64,000 nucleotides of DNA. Origin: Mobula birostris (Eukaryota). This document shows, one piece after another, positions 1 through 12,250 of the stretch. Numbering within the stretch: the first letter of the stretch is position 1; each line of letters opens with the position of its first letter. A program made the translations under genes and the position numbers. A model generated the notes under the pieces. It was not told where the DNA came from. It made no database searches and saw only the letters and a program-made list of their open reading frames with translations. The DNA lies in contig NC_092395.1 in NCBI RefSeq assembly GCF_030028105.1, forward strand, positions 30,348,424 to 30,412,423, in the 5' to 3' direction.

Positions 1-129
1 AATTGGAGTGGATCCAAGTACGAGCAGAAGATGATAATGTTTCTCAAAACACGTAAGTGCTACTGGACAATAGTTATTAAGGCAGGTTACCATGTTCTTC
101 TCAGGCACCAGTATAACTAAAGCAGCTGA

Positions 130-500
130 GTGCAAAGTTTAAGGGGAGTGTATAAGATGATGAGAGGCATTGATCATGTGGATAGTCAGAGGCTTTATCC
201 CAGGGCTGAAATAGCTAGCACGAGAGGGCATAGTTTTAAGGTGCCTGGAAGAAGGTACAGAGAAGATGTCAGGGGTAAGTTTTTTACGCAGAGAGTGGTG
301 AGTGCATGGAATGGGCTGCCGGCAACGGTGGTGGAGGCGGATACAATAGGGTCTTTTAAGAGACTCCTGGACAAGTACATGGAGCTCAGAAAAATAGAGG
401 GCTATGGGTAACCCTAGGTAATTTCTAAGGTAAGGACTTGTTCGGCAGAGCTTTGTGGGCGGAAGGGCCTATATTGTGCTGTAGGTTTTCTATGTTTCTA
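130..500 (+). mobile_element. CR1 LINE 3' fragment
   Basis: [17 protein letters not shown]...TRGHSFKV...[14 protein letters not shown] is the CR1 ORF2 C-terminus; short (ttcta)-type tail. Confidence 0.85.
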
Positions 501-707
501 GTATCACTACTACATCATTATCTAAAATCAAAATCATGGTATAGTCAGCAGACTGGTGTTCTTATTTCAATATAATTGTTCCCAATGTCTTGCATTGATG
601 ACTGCTGCAACAGTAGACAACCTGCTTACATTATGTCAAGTAAAATATTCACAACATGAACCAGACTTCTTAAATACTGTAGGTGGAATTTGGTACTTCA
701 GACATAC

Positions 708-996
708 CTTTTGTCAAGCAATGTATTCCGAGCTTCACCTTTGAGAAGTTTCCAGTGCCAATCTGTCCACGGAGCTGGTAAAATCCAACTCTCTTTCCAA
801 GTATCAGTTCATTTTTCACTTTTTCATTGTTCCTCATATCATAAATGACTTTTTCAAAGGGTGTGAATACAGTGTTTTCCCTCTTGCCCAATTCATCATC
901 ATTCATTTTGTGTTGTATCTGTTGTTTAATCCCTTGAATTGGGCTGGAGTATTTATGCAGTCCTTCACTATGAACAGAAAGTGCCACAGCCATCAT
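708..996 (-). CDS. NIM1K: NIM1 serine/threonine kinase (AMPK-related) or a paralog, first coding exon; the rest of the gene lies left of the window
   Basis: Translation MMAVALSV...FTPFEKVIYDMRNNEKVKNELILGKRVGFYQLRGQIGTGNFSKVKLGIHCLTK matches the NIM1K N-terminus (TPFEK...LGKRIGFY..RGEIGSGNFSQVKLGIH). It includes the Gly-rich loop and ends at a phase-1 donor G|gtatgt at 707. A probable acceptor (tctttccccacag) at 1408 implies about 410 nt of 5' UTR. Confidence 0.88.
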
Positions 997-2209
997 TGAG
1001 TCTCGCAACGTATATCTCCTAAACCATTTCCTTATAAACAATTCCTATTCAGAGCTCACAAGGAGGAACTTCTGCTTGAAGGATGAAACCCTTTATTAGA
1101 AAAGCTGCTCCAAATATAATCTTAGATCAATTCGGCCTTATTCCGTAATAGTCTCTGTCTTTTCGGAGTCACTTCGCAGCCTTTGACGCAAGTTGCACTC
1201 TTTGCTTTCTGTGATTCAAAAAACCCAAAATCTGAAGTTTCAGAAGATGTCCAATGTCCATAAGACTGATATGGTACTTTCCAATAATAATTAGCTCAAA
1301 TAACTTTCAATTAAGCATTTTATTTATTCATTGACTGCAGAGTCACTGGATGGTGGGAGCACCTTCCTCAGTTTCTAGATGAAGGCCGAAGATACTTTGA
1401 GATAACTCTGTGGGGAAAGATAAATTTAATTTCAGTAATGTTCAGTAAGCAGACTTGTGCAGAGTGCTTTAGTTGATATGGTATTAGGCATTGAGTACAA
1501 GAGTAAGATAACAGCTGGATAGAAGCTGTCCTTGAGAAAGGACAGAAGAGAGAACGTCCAGGGTGGGTGGCATTTTTGATTACACTGGCTGCTTTATTGA
1601 GGCAGCAAGAAGTATACAGCAGATATGAAAGGAGTCATGAAAATCTAATTTGCTGTTTATAAATATCAAGTGATCAGGTGTAGCTAAAATTATTTCACTT
1701 ATTGTTTGTTTGTTTATGCATTACTTAGTGGCAAACTGTAAGAGACTGGGCTGGATATTGGGTTGATAGAATTGCACCCATATATGGTGCACAAAAATAT
1801 GCTTGTGTTTAGCATTAACATTCAGTCAGGTCTTCCTCTGTAAAAAAAATGGTCACATTTCAATTTGAAATGGCACTAAGAGGTGGAAAGTAAAGATGTA
1901 ATTCCTGATCAGACTTCACACTATTCATGCATTTCCCGACTGTTGTTCAAAGTAAATTTATTATCAAAGTACATATTTGTCACCATATAAAACCCTGAGA
2001 TACATTTTCTTGTAGGCATTCTCATTAAATCTATAGATTAATAACCATAACAGAATCAATGAAAAACTGCCTATTTGCATAATTTGTTGTCTTCTGCACT
2101 CTGGTTGAACCAGGGAGTTCAACCAGAGTGCAGAAGACAACAAATTATGCAAATAGAAAAAGAAGAAATAATAATAATAAATAAATGAGCAATAAATATC
2201 TTGAACATG

Positions 2210-2495
2210 AGATGATGAGTCCTTGAAAGTGAATCCATTAGTTGTGAGAACATTTCAATGATGGGGCAAATGATGTTGAGTGAAGCTATCCCCTTTGGTT
2301 CAAGAGCCTGATGGTTGAGGGGTCACAACTGTTCCTGAACCTGGTGGTATGAGTATTGAGGCTCCTGTACCTTCTACCTGATGGCAGCAGCAAGAAGAGA
2401 GCATGTCCTGGGCGATGATGGTCCCAGATGATGGATGCTGCTTTCTTGTAACAGTGTTTCATGTAGATGTGCTCAGTAGTTGGGAAGGCTTTACC
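2210..2495 (-). mobile_element. Rex1/Babar-type LINE 3' fragment
   Basis: KAASII...HALFLLLPSGRRYRSL...TTRFRNS..P.TIRLLN motif. Confidence 0.75.
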
Positions 2496-2869
2496 ACAAT
2501 TGCCACTGCAAAGTTCAGTTGTGCCCAGGCCCAAAGCCTTGGGCATCATTAACCAGCATTGAAATTTATTCTGCTTGGCAGCTAAGCTGGATCTGGTAGG
2601 TCAGCTGGCAATCATAAACCCTACAGGGGCCTGCGAACAGGTTAGCAATCAGGTAAGAGTGGGGTTGGGGTAGCAGTCATTATCAGAACCTCGATCAGGA
2701 GACGCAGGACATCATTGGATTGGGGCCGGGGGGAATGTTAGGTTATGAGGAAAATAGTGGAGCTGGGGTGGGGTTGGGTACAAGAAGAAATTGTAATGTT
2801 GAGGATGATTGGTTGATGGGAACTTTTGTGATGAGTCAAATGGTGGATCATGAGGAGAGTTGGGAGTAA

Positions 2870-3390
2870 CTTATAAGGCACCTAAGCAGAGCTACTTTTT
2901 TAGGAGTTTGAGGAGATTTGGTATGTCGGCAAGTTTCAATAGATGTACCATGGGGAGCATTCTGACTGGTTGCATCACATCCTGGTATGGATGTTCAGGA
3001 TTGCAGGAGGCTGCAGAGGGTTGTAGACTTATCCAGCTCAATCATCAGCACAACTTTCCCCACCATTGGGGACATCTTCAAGAGGCAGTCCTTCAAGAAG
3101 GCAGCATCCATCACCAAAAATCCTCACCATCCGGACATGTCCTGTTATTACCATCAGAAGGAAGTGTAGCTCTCAACAATCTGGGAACAGCTTCCTCCAC
3201 GCGCCCCCCCCCACCATCAGATTCCTGAAAGATCCAAGAATCCATGAACACTATTTCATTTTCCTTTTTTAGTGTTATTTATTTATTTTTGTAACTTATA
3301 ATAATTTTTATATCTCTGGGCTGTACTGCTGTTGGAAAACAACAAATTTCATGTTATATGAATCAGTGATCATAAATGACACAGATTCAG
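2870..3390 (+). mobile_element. Degenerate Rex1/Babar-type LINE 3' fragment
   Basis: YFFRSLRRFGMS...SILTGCITSWYG; LQRVV...KKAASI; (gattca)-type tail. Confidence 0.7.
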
Positions 3391-3504
3391 ATTCTCTTGT
3401 CTCAGTCCCAGTACTGCATTACTCATACAAGATTGTCTGGGAGTACCAAACAATGGGGAATAAATTTTGCCCCTTGTCTGTATCTGAAAAAAGAATTCCC
3501 TCCA

Positions 3505-3745
3505 CCACGGGGCAGCATGGTAACATAGTGGTTGTCACAATGCTTTACAGTACAGGCGACCTAGGCTGCCTGTAAGGAGTTTGCATGTTCTCCCTGTGAC
3601 CGCGTGGATTTCCTCCCTCAGTCCAAAGGTGCACCAGTTGGTAGGTTAATTGGTCATTGTAAATTGTCTGGTGATTGAATCAGGTATTGCTGGGCAGTGC
3701 AGCTCAAAGGGCCGGAAGAACCTTTTCCATGCTGTATCTGTCGGT
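3505..3745 (+). mobile_element. tRNA-derived SINE, degenerate (related copy at ~45215-45510)
   Basis: ggcagcatggtaacatagtggtt head, then gtaaggagtttgcatgttctccctgtgaccgcgtggatttcc shared with the 45.2-kb copy. Confidence 0.55.
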
Positions 3746-5284
3746 CCCCAAAAGCAGCATTGCAGAAGAAATTCTGATTTGATGCATGTCTGATTTGTCC
3801 TTAGACATGGCATGCTTGTAAGTATCTATTCAGCAAATGTGTAAATAGTTATTAATCCAGAGTCAGGTTTAATTCCAATTGCCTACAACTAAATTATACT
3901 GAGCTATCAATCTAACTTTGAAATATCTGAATATTAGATACATATCAGGTAGAAGGAGCAAGACAGAGGAGTTAAAGGATCTGTCCAGAAGAGTTTTGGA
4001 TGAGCTAAAGTTCAAGGGGATGGAGGTTGAGAAACCAGCAAGGAGAGCACTGAAGTAGCTAACTGGAGGTAACAAAAGCATTTTACAGCAAGCTGGCTTT
4101 GAAAGGAGTGGAAAAGTACAATATTATGGCTTACAGATTTGCAAATTATCTTATAAAAACTAGTAACCTTACACATCTCATGTAAAAATAAACATTTAAA
4201 GATCAAATAAATTAGAAAGCCACTGACTTACGTCATATGGCCAGCATCAATAACAATCAGGCCTAATGGTGCAGGCCAGCAGAGCGGAATACCTGCTAAT
4301 AGAAGGTCATCTGAGGAAATCTCCTTCTGTTCTGTGTCCTTCCATTATTTTTGGGACTACTGTGTTTTCCATATCTGAGAGTGCTCAGGAGAGGTTGCAA
4401 GTGTTCTTTCGTTGATTGAACCTCAAAATAACCAGAGCCAGACTGTAGCTGAACTTGGACCAATACAGTAGCAGAGAACAGAATTAAAAGTAAACAATCA
4501 GTGGGAGCTGCATTAAGGTAATGGTAATTAGCACTGACAAAGAAGGTCTTTGTGTCATTAACTGTCAATTTGATACTCACCATAACCTGTATTAATGTAA
4601 ATATTTGCAATTTCAAATCTAAATCTAAATTAATAACTAACTACTGTAGTGATAAATTGCAGTGTTGCAAGTTTACAGGTTTAGTTACCTACTTAACTGA
4701 CCATGAAATTCATCGACTCCATCCGCTGTAGCTTAAGTTAATCGGTTTGTTTTGTTCTTTTTTACAAAGTGTCCACATCTATAGTTTCAGTGACTCCCTT
4801 TGTTCTTGTGTTGACTACTCATAGCAAGGTCCACAAATGGCTTCAATCACTGGCAGATCCTGTGAAGGACTGGTAGCAGTGAAATTGAAGAGGGTTAATC
4901 TTATTCACACACTGATAGTCATCAGAAAGAGGATTAATGGAGTTACTTTTCCTTTTTATATCTGACCTGTTTACTGTTAACCGGATTAAGAATTATTGCC
5001 TGACCTAAGGTGACAATGCTGCCATTTATTAATTATTTATTTGTCAGAATTGATTCCTTTACCAAAATGTAGCCAAGGATTTTAAATTGTTTGTTACTGG
5101 AAATGCTCAGCACCCCTCAGCTTATAGTTTGTGTACCAGAGCTTCATTTCTCAAAAATAGCAACGATCTACATTCTACTGCATGAGGAACCTTTAAAGAT
5201 AACCAAGGGGATTCCCATGAGTGTAATAAAAAACATGCTAAAGGAATTACGAAGTAGAATCATTTGGTGTGTATTGGATTGAAC

Positions 5285-5792
5285 TGATCTTATTTCTTAC
5301 ATCCTTCACATACACGAGGAGTAAAGATATTTACGTTACATCTGTCTAAATGTGCAATGTGCAATTTATAGTAATTTGTAATAGTATGTACAATAGGATC
5401 GTCAATATAGCTTAGAAATACAATTGTATCAGCGTGAATTAATCAGTCTGATGGCCTGGTGAAAGAAGCTGTCCCGGAGCCTGTTGGTCCTGGCTTTTAT
5501 GCTGCGGTACCGTTTCCCAGATGGTAGCAACTGGAACAGTTTGTGGTTGGGGTGACTCGGGTCCCCAATGATCCTTCTGGCCCTTTTTATGCACCAGTCT
5601 CTGTAAATGTCCTGAATAGTGGGAAGTTCACATCTACAGATGCACTGGGCTGTTCGAACCACTCTCTGCAGAGTCCTGAAATTGAGGGAAGTCCAGTTTC
5701 CATACCAGGCAGTGATGCAGGCAGTCAGGATGCTCTCAATTGTGCCCCCGTAGAAAGTCCTTAGGATTTGGGGACTCATGCCAAACGTCTTC
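5285..5792 (-). mobile_element. Rex1/Babar-type LINE 3' fragment
   Basis: ORF 5429-5794: FGMSPQILRTFYGGTIESILTACITAWYGN...LLPSGKRYRSIKARTNRLRDSFFHQAIRLIN. Confidence 0.85.
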
Positions 5793-6189
5793 AAAAAATG
5801 GAGTGGAATGTTAAGAAGGAAAACTCACTGCCTGCTACTCAAAGTTAACGATGAAAGGCGAATAAAATTCTGGTCTTTAATGCAAGGGGATTTTAAGTGC
5901 AAAAGTTCAATTATATAGGCTCTGGTGAGTTAACATCTATTTTATGAAATTTTGAGCACCTTAACCTTAAGAGAGGATCTATTTGCTATGGAGGGAAATT
6001 GAGTGAAAATTCGCTTGACGAGTTTGTTATTTGATGAGGGATTAGGCAACTGAGCCTCTATTCTCAGGAATTTAGAAGAATAAAAAGTGATCTCTTTAAA
6101 ACAAAATACTTTGATGGCTCAATAGGGTAAACACACATTGCAATGTTAGTTCTGTTCCGCTTCAAGGAAATGTCTAAGGAGAACTAATC

Positions 6190-6325
6190 TGATTGGATAA
6201 AGGCTTTTGTTTTTTTATATATGTGATTGGCAAAGAGTTACTGTTTCTGATTGGTGGAAAGCAGGACGACCAACAGAATGGTGCTCTCTGATTGGGTTCT
6301 CTTGGTTCTCTCCCAAAGGCGGGAA
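6190..6325 (+). promoter_or_regulatory. POLE4 proximal promoter: four inverted CCAAT (NF-Y) boxes plus an E2F site
   Basis: TGATTGG with the ATTGG core at 6192, 6226, 6250 and 6291. GGCGGGAA (reverse complement TTCCCGCC) at 6318-6325, 10 nt before the ATG. CpG-rich sequence follows. Confidence 0.7.
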
Positions 6326-6334
6326 GGGCCAGCG

Positions 6335-6550
6335 ATGGAGGATTTGGAGAGCGCTGCGGCGGACGAGCGTGATCAGGAGAACCGGCAAAGCGTGCAGCTC
6401 GACGCCGAGGCTGAAGCGGAGCGGCCGAACTCGGGCGCACAACAGAAGCTGCTCCGCCTGCCGCTCAGCCGTATCAAGGGGCTGATAAAAGCGGATCCCG
6501 AGGTGACGCTGGCGAGTCAGGAGGCCGTATTCGCCATCGGCAAGGCCACG
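6335..6550 (+). CDS. POLE4: DNA polymerase epsilon subunit 4 (histone fold), exon 1
   Basis: MEDLESAAADE...LLRLPLSRIKGLIKADPEVTLASQEAVFAIGKAT followed by a gtgagt donor (phase 0); typical POLE4 histone-fold sequence. Confidence 0.95.
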
Positions 6551-7442
6551 GTGAGTAGGTGGGGAACCCTGCTGGGTTTCGGGCATTGTCTCCATCTGCC
6601 TTGGTGTGCCCTGGACACCCTTGATACTGCTCCTGCTTTGGGAGCCCAGGTCCGTCCCACTGGCGCTCTGGACCAGTCTCCTCAAGCTCTCTGGTCTATA
6701 GCACAGTAAAATTTCCTTCGGAGCTTCACGGAAATATAACCAACTTGACTTCAGAGCAACGGGGGTTAGAAAACGGGTACAAAGTCAGGGGCATGCGGCT
6801 GGTGGCTGTAGGACGCTTCTTATGCATGAAGTTGAAACACAGTATACTGTAGTTTTAAGTTAAGTGAGTGGTGATGTTATTTAAACAATTACTCATCCTC
6901 CTGCTTTTGGATGTTAATGTTATTTAGAGGAGTAGCTGCTGTTGCCACTTCTTTTTCTACTGGGGTAGATGTACTTCAGCTGTGGGATTACCGTTTGTAT
7001 TCTTTTTGTTAATTGTATCGGAAAGTAGAGTTCACCCTGTTGTCAGTTTCTTCAGCCATAGTGGATGTGTGCAGCACTGTTAATGGTTGGCCAACACGGT
7101 GAGTGTGCGTGTGCTAGAGGGTGGGTTATGTGATTTAGCCAGCGTTTGTAGAAGAAGCGATGACTTTTGGCTCTTTGTCATACATATTCATTTCTGATCA
7201 CGATCCTGCAGACTATTCATTTCCAATAATTATTCATGAAGTACTTTTGTCAAACATTGTAACCTTTTGTCCCACCATGGTTGGCAAATTTTTCAGAATT
7301 TTAGCTTGCCATACAAGGACATTTATTTCATTTGCCATTTCCTTCTGATGCCTTTGTGTGCTGTAGTCCTCGAATGTTACGTTTAACAAAGAAACATTCT
7401 GGATCCAAAAGTTTATATTCTCAAACGGTTGTCAGATATACT

Positions 7443-8040
7443 CACACATTTTAATTCCACGTCCCATTCCCATTCTGACATGTCTATCCACGGCCTCCTC
7501 TACTGTAAAGATGAAGCCACACTCAGGTTGGAGGAACAACACCTTATATTCCGTCTGGGTAGCCTCCAACCTGATGGCATGAACATTGACTTCTCTAACT
7601 TCCGCTAATACCCCACCTCCCCCTCGTACCCCATCTGTTACTTATTTTTATGCACACATTCTTTCTCTCACTCTCCTTTTTCTCCCTCTGTCCCTCTGAA
7701 TATACCCCTTGCCTATCCTCTGGGTTCCCCCCCCCCCACCGTCTTTCTTCCTGGACCTCCTGTCCCATGATCCTCTCGCATCCCTTTTACCTATCACCTG
7801 TCCAGCTCTTGGCTCCATCCCTCCCCCTCCTGTCTTCTCCTATCATTTTGGATCTCCCCCTCCCGCTCCAACTTTCAAATCCCTTACTCACTCTTCCTTC
7901 AGTTAGACCTGACGAAGGTCTCGGCCTGAAACGTCGACTGCACCTCTTCCTAGAGATGCTGCCTGGCCTGCTGCGTTCACCAGCAACTTTTATGTGTGTT
8001 GCTTGAATTTCCAGCATCTGCAGAATTCCTGTTGTTTGCC
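7443..8040 (+). mobile_element. Penelope-like element 3' fragment in POLE4 intron 1
   Basis: Encodes HFNSTSHSHSDMSIHGLLYCKDEATLRLEEQHLIFRLGSLQPDGMNIDF (end of the GIY-YIG region), then a pyrimidine-rich tract and the hammerhead motif. Near-identical to 44020-44570. Confidence 0.8.
7900..7940 (+). ncRNA. Minimal type-I hammerhead ribozyme motif in a Penelope-like element terminus
   Basis: CAGTT (stem I) ... CTGACGA (7909-7915), AGGTC-tc-GGCCT (stem II), GAAAC, GTC (predicted cleavage after 7935), GACTG (stem I'). Stem III is the short palindrome ACGT. Confidence 0.7.
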
Positions 8041-8552
8041 TCAGATATATCTGTCCATATTACAGCTCATCCAACAGGTCTTGATCTTCCTTTGGTATAT
8101 TACCTTGGGGCAGATTTTAATTCAGCCTCTGCATGTTAGGATCAACTATTAAATATTGAAACCCTCTAGTTAGTACCTGGCAAATAGCAAAGTTATTTAT
8201 TTTTGAGCTTCCTTTCATCTGCCTTGCTGGGTTAGATCTGTTGTGTAAAATGACCTGAACAATCTTCTAGTGTTCATATAATTAAGTAATATCTAGTATT
8301 AAACAATGACATTGATCAAATACAAGGGAGACTGGATTAGTGAAGCTTAGGACTTAACGAAACAGCTGAGATGAAGCTTTTCTCAATGTGCTTATACTTC
8401 AAAGGTCTTCCCTGGGACATGATGGGCTACCTGAAGGGAAAAGATATTGGTTTGCTGAGGGAAGAGGCAGAGGCCTATTGGAAGTCTGTACAGGACCTCC
8501 TGAACAACTTGTATCCCATTAGTGAAACAACCTGTTTGGTTTCTTCCACCAG

Positions 8553-8637
8553 GAGCTGTTTGTTGAAGTGATTGCAAAGGATGCATGCACATATGCTCTG
8601 CAAGCAAAGCGTAAAACAATCCAGCGCAAGGACTTGG
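8553..8637 (+). CDS. POLE4: POLE4 exon 2
   Basis: ttcttccaccag|ELFVEVIAKDACTYALQAKRKTIQRKDL+G|gtgagc; 85 nt, phase 0 to 1. Confidence 0.95.
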
Positions 8638-8790
8638 GTGAGCCTGACAGAGTCAGCTGTCATATCATGCTTTTGAATACCAGTGTGCATGAAAGATTAG
8701 CATTTGAAGTTGTGATATTGCCTTGATCAGTTTTGCTTTTGATTTAAAATTGTCCTCATTATTAAAATTTTTTTTAAATTTCCCTTTCAG

Positions 8791-8832
8791 ATAATGCAGT
8801 AGATGCTGCAGATGAATTCGCATTTTTAGAAG
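8791..8832 (+). CDS. POLE4: POLE4 exon 3
   Basis: ccctttcag|(D)NAVDAADEFAFLE+G|gtaagt; 42 nt, phase 1 to 1. Confidence 0.95.
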
Positions 8833-9354
8833 GTAAGTCTGTGGCTTGTAGCCAGTTATTTTTGTCATAGATGTTTTTGTTATCTAGTTCTGGCTCCCTC
8901 ATAATTCCTGGACTTTGATCCCTCTGTCAGAAATTTGAGAGATGAAGTGAGGCTTTTGTCACTTGTTTCAAGTTTGCACAGTAGGAGACATTGATGCAAG
9001 TGACAATATCGCCTTGAGTTTCATCGCTGATGTAAAATGTTTTTGATTTACTATTCATAGTGAGCAGAAGGCACTAGTATAACATTCCCATCCTGTTGCT
9101 TTTAACCACTTTTTTAATCTTAAAAGTTGACATGATTTCAATTTCAAATAGAATGGTAGTAAATGTCATAGCTTTATAAATGCATAAATTTGAATCTGTG
9201 GGTGTGGTATCTAATATATATCTAAATCCCTCAATGAAATAATTTTATTAAGTGTTTATTTCTTCAAAGCAGCCTCCAGTTAATCTGCCATTCTCAATTA
9301 CTTTGTTATATTTTGTATAGTATGTCCAAAAGTCTACTGATCCTAATTTGCATT

Positions 9355-9970
9355 CATAAAACATAGAATAGTACAGCATAGTACAGGCCTTTTGGCCCAC
9401 AATGTTGTGCCGACCCTCAAACCCTGCCTCCCATATACCACCCCCCACCTTAAATTCCTCCATATACCTGTCTAGTAGTCTCTTAAATTTCACTAGTGTA
9501 TCTCCACCACTGACTCAGGCAGTGCATTCCACGCACCAACCACTCTCTGAGTAAAAAACCTTCCTCTAATATCCTCCTTGAACTTCCCACCCCTTAACCT
9601 TAAAGCCATGTCCTCTTGTATTGAGCACTGGTGCCCTGGGGAAGAGGCGCTGGCTGTCCACTCTATCTATTCCTCTTAATATCTTGTATACCTCTATCAT
9701 GTCTCCTCTCATCCTCCTCTCCAAAGAGTAAAGCCTTAGCTCCTTTAATCTCTGATCATAATGCATACTCTCTACACCAGGCAGCATCCTGGTAAATCTC
9801 CTCTGTACCCTTTCCAATGCTTCCACATCCTTCCTATAGTGAGGCAACCAGAACTGGACACAGTACTCCAAGTGTGGCCTAACCAGAGTTTTACAGAGCT
9901 GCATCATTACCCTGTGACTCTTAAACTCCATCCCTTGACTTATGATGGATAACACTTCATAAGCTTTCTT
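9355..9970 (-). mobile_element. CR1 LINE 3' fragment in POLE4 intron 3
   Basis: ORF 9566-9955: LVRPHLEYCVQFWLPHYRKDVEALERVQRRFTRMLPG. Confidence 0.88.
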
Positions 9971-11161
9971 GACTTTAATCTATATTTCTTGCCTTAGCCA
10001 TGAAAAAGAAGTAATATGGTCTCAGCCTGAAACATCGAATGTATTCTTTTCCCTAGATGCCGCCTGGCTTGCTGAGTTCCTCCAGCATTTTGTGCGTGTT
10101 ACAATATTCTGTTATTTTGTTTATGACATCCTTGTTACAGCTTGTTTAAGATTTTTTTAAAAATTGCTTTTGTCTCCATTCATACTTGCCTCGACATCCC
10201 ACATCCTAAATGTATTGACAACTGAATCACTTTTTTGGTATTTTTGTTAGTCTTCATATCCGTCCACAAGTTTGACCCTCTTACTATATACCTAATTATA
10301 ACATTGTTTATAACATTGGATAGTGTGTACCGTTGGAAATAGCTCAGAAAATATGTAGTTGATGGTTGGGTTGAATTGTTCTCTGATATTGGTGAGAAAA
10401 TGTTTGCAAATGGATTGCCAAGATCGGAGAACAGCTCAACCCAGCCAGTTTATATTGTATACAGAGGTGATCCCTATACAGAGGTCTCCAGAACAATGCA
10501 ACTTTGTTCAGCTTTGCGTTTCAATTACACAATAAGCACTGTAACACATTTGTTATAACAAAATGTATGAGCTAGGTGCTAGTCCAAGGTCCTGGCAGGT
10601 AAATGTAAAACACTGCCTGATCTTTGAAAAAGTCTTGTGATACCTATCAATGTACTGTCCTTCCAAGAAATATTTCTATTTCCTGTTTGCTGTTCACTGA
10701 TTTTCCATATGAAGAGCTTCGGAGCATCTCAAGTTGCTGACCTGAAACATTCCATCCAATGGGAGATGCTGCCCTAGTATTTTTAGCTTTTTTGTTCAAA
10801 ATTTCATCATTGTGTTTTCTTGTGATTTAACACAATCTCTGTGAATGGCGGTTTTGTGACTTCCATGTGCTTCTTTCCCTTGGATGGAAGATATAATTGA
10901 TAGTGAAGCATTAGTGAGAGAATTATTGATTATTACAGTCAAGCTAGATCATATGACTTAAAACTGATTAATCCACTCATCATTGCTCTTTTTACAAAGA
11001 CAATGTTGGCATTCATCAGTATACATCAAATATTCATATCTTCCTGTGCCATTGTAAAGATAGGGAAGGCAATAGCCTTTGCTACTTGGATATATATTAA
11101 TAGAATGTTTGCTGCATGTTTGTATGTCTTGGGGAGTTTCATGCTCTTATTATTTTTCCAG

Positions 11162-11175
11162 GAACCCTGGAGTGA
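11162..11175 (+). CDS. POLE4: POLE4 exon 4, coding part (GTLE*)
   Basis: tttttccag|GA ACC CTG GAG TGA completes FAFLEGTLE* (human FAFLEGTLD*). Total CDS 357 nt, 118 aa. Candidate polyA signal ATTAAA at 11330. Confidence 0.88.
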
Positions 11176-11416
11176 AATGGAGACAAGTTTCATGAGGCCA
11201 AAATAACTCCATAAAAGGAGAGCTGCCATCAAATTTGCTCATTATAGATGTATATTTGTACAATTTGTAAAAAGGAAGTTATACTTATTGTATGAGTAAA
11301 TGTATGATTTCAAGTGTGAGTGTTTTCAGATTAAATAACTTGTATCACATGAAGTTTCAGTAATTTTCTTTCAATATTGCCTTTTAATCTCAAACCTTTC
11401 AGGAAATGTAGTTTAT

Positions 11417-12250
11417 AGAGGTTATTATCCCTTTATCCGAAACCTTTCAGACTTTGGAATTTTGAGCGCTGATAGGACGTCACAAATGGAAAATTCCACA
11501 AGGTGCTGTGAAGGTTCCCAGGTGATGTGCAGTCTCTGCACAACACAGACAGTTCTGAAAAATGACCTCACATATATAATGAGTGGGTATTAATGAAAAG
11601 CAGAAAAACAGAAACACTGCATAAAGCTAAAAATGAAGATCTCAATCGTGTATTGGAAGAATGGATTCATCCGTGTTGGAGTGAGGATATGCCACTTAGT
11701 GGTATCCTGATCATGAAACAAGCAAAGGTTTATCACGACAAACTGAAAATTGAAGGCAATTGTGAACATTCAGCAAGCAGGTTGCAGAAATTTAAGACTA
11801 GACACAGCATTAAATTTTTAAAGATTTAAACAAAAATTAACGATAAAGCATCTGCTGATCGAGAAGTAGCAGAGAAGTTAATTGAGTTTGTGAAGATTTT
11901 CACTGATGAAAATCTAACACAGAACAAGTCTAAAATGCTGATTGTTTTTATACTTTACATAAAACCTAAAAAAGTAAAATGCAGTGTACTGTAACCTTTT
12001 AATCAAAGCATGACATCGTAGATGGAGACTGAAAGCATGTTGTTGTTCATTGTTCCCCAACAGCTGATTGAGGTATTCTCCAGGTGCTGCTGTGCTGTTT
12101 TGCTACCCTGAATACATTATACAGTACATTAATGGTATGTAATAATTTTTACTAAGTGCTGAACAAGTGTAAGACAAAGACTGCTTACAGGTAGCACATA
12201 AGTTCAGTCGGAAATTACAGCAAGCGTTTTAGATAAAGGGTAATTGACTT
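11417..12250 (+). mobile_element. Tigger/pogo-family DNA transposon relic (CENP-B/Jerky-type HTH)
   Basis: ORF 11593-11829: KTLHKAKNEDLNRVLEEWI...PLSGILIMKQAK.YH..LKI....S.SRLQKFKTRHSI. Imperfect inverted ends: ttatccctttatccgaaa and tttagataaagggtaa. Confidence 0.7.

Noticed and set aside
8985-9060. Alternative POLE4 last exon after gcacagtag
   Set aside because: It gives a non-homologous tail, whereas the 11162 exon yields the conserved GTLE*.
11593-11829. Domesticated Jerky/TIGD or ZMYM-type gene (also 63124-63420)
   Set aside because: Short, stop-interrupted fragments with transposon-like ends; better explained as relic DNA transposons.
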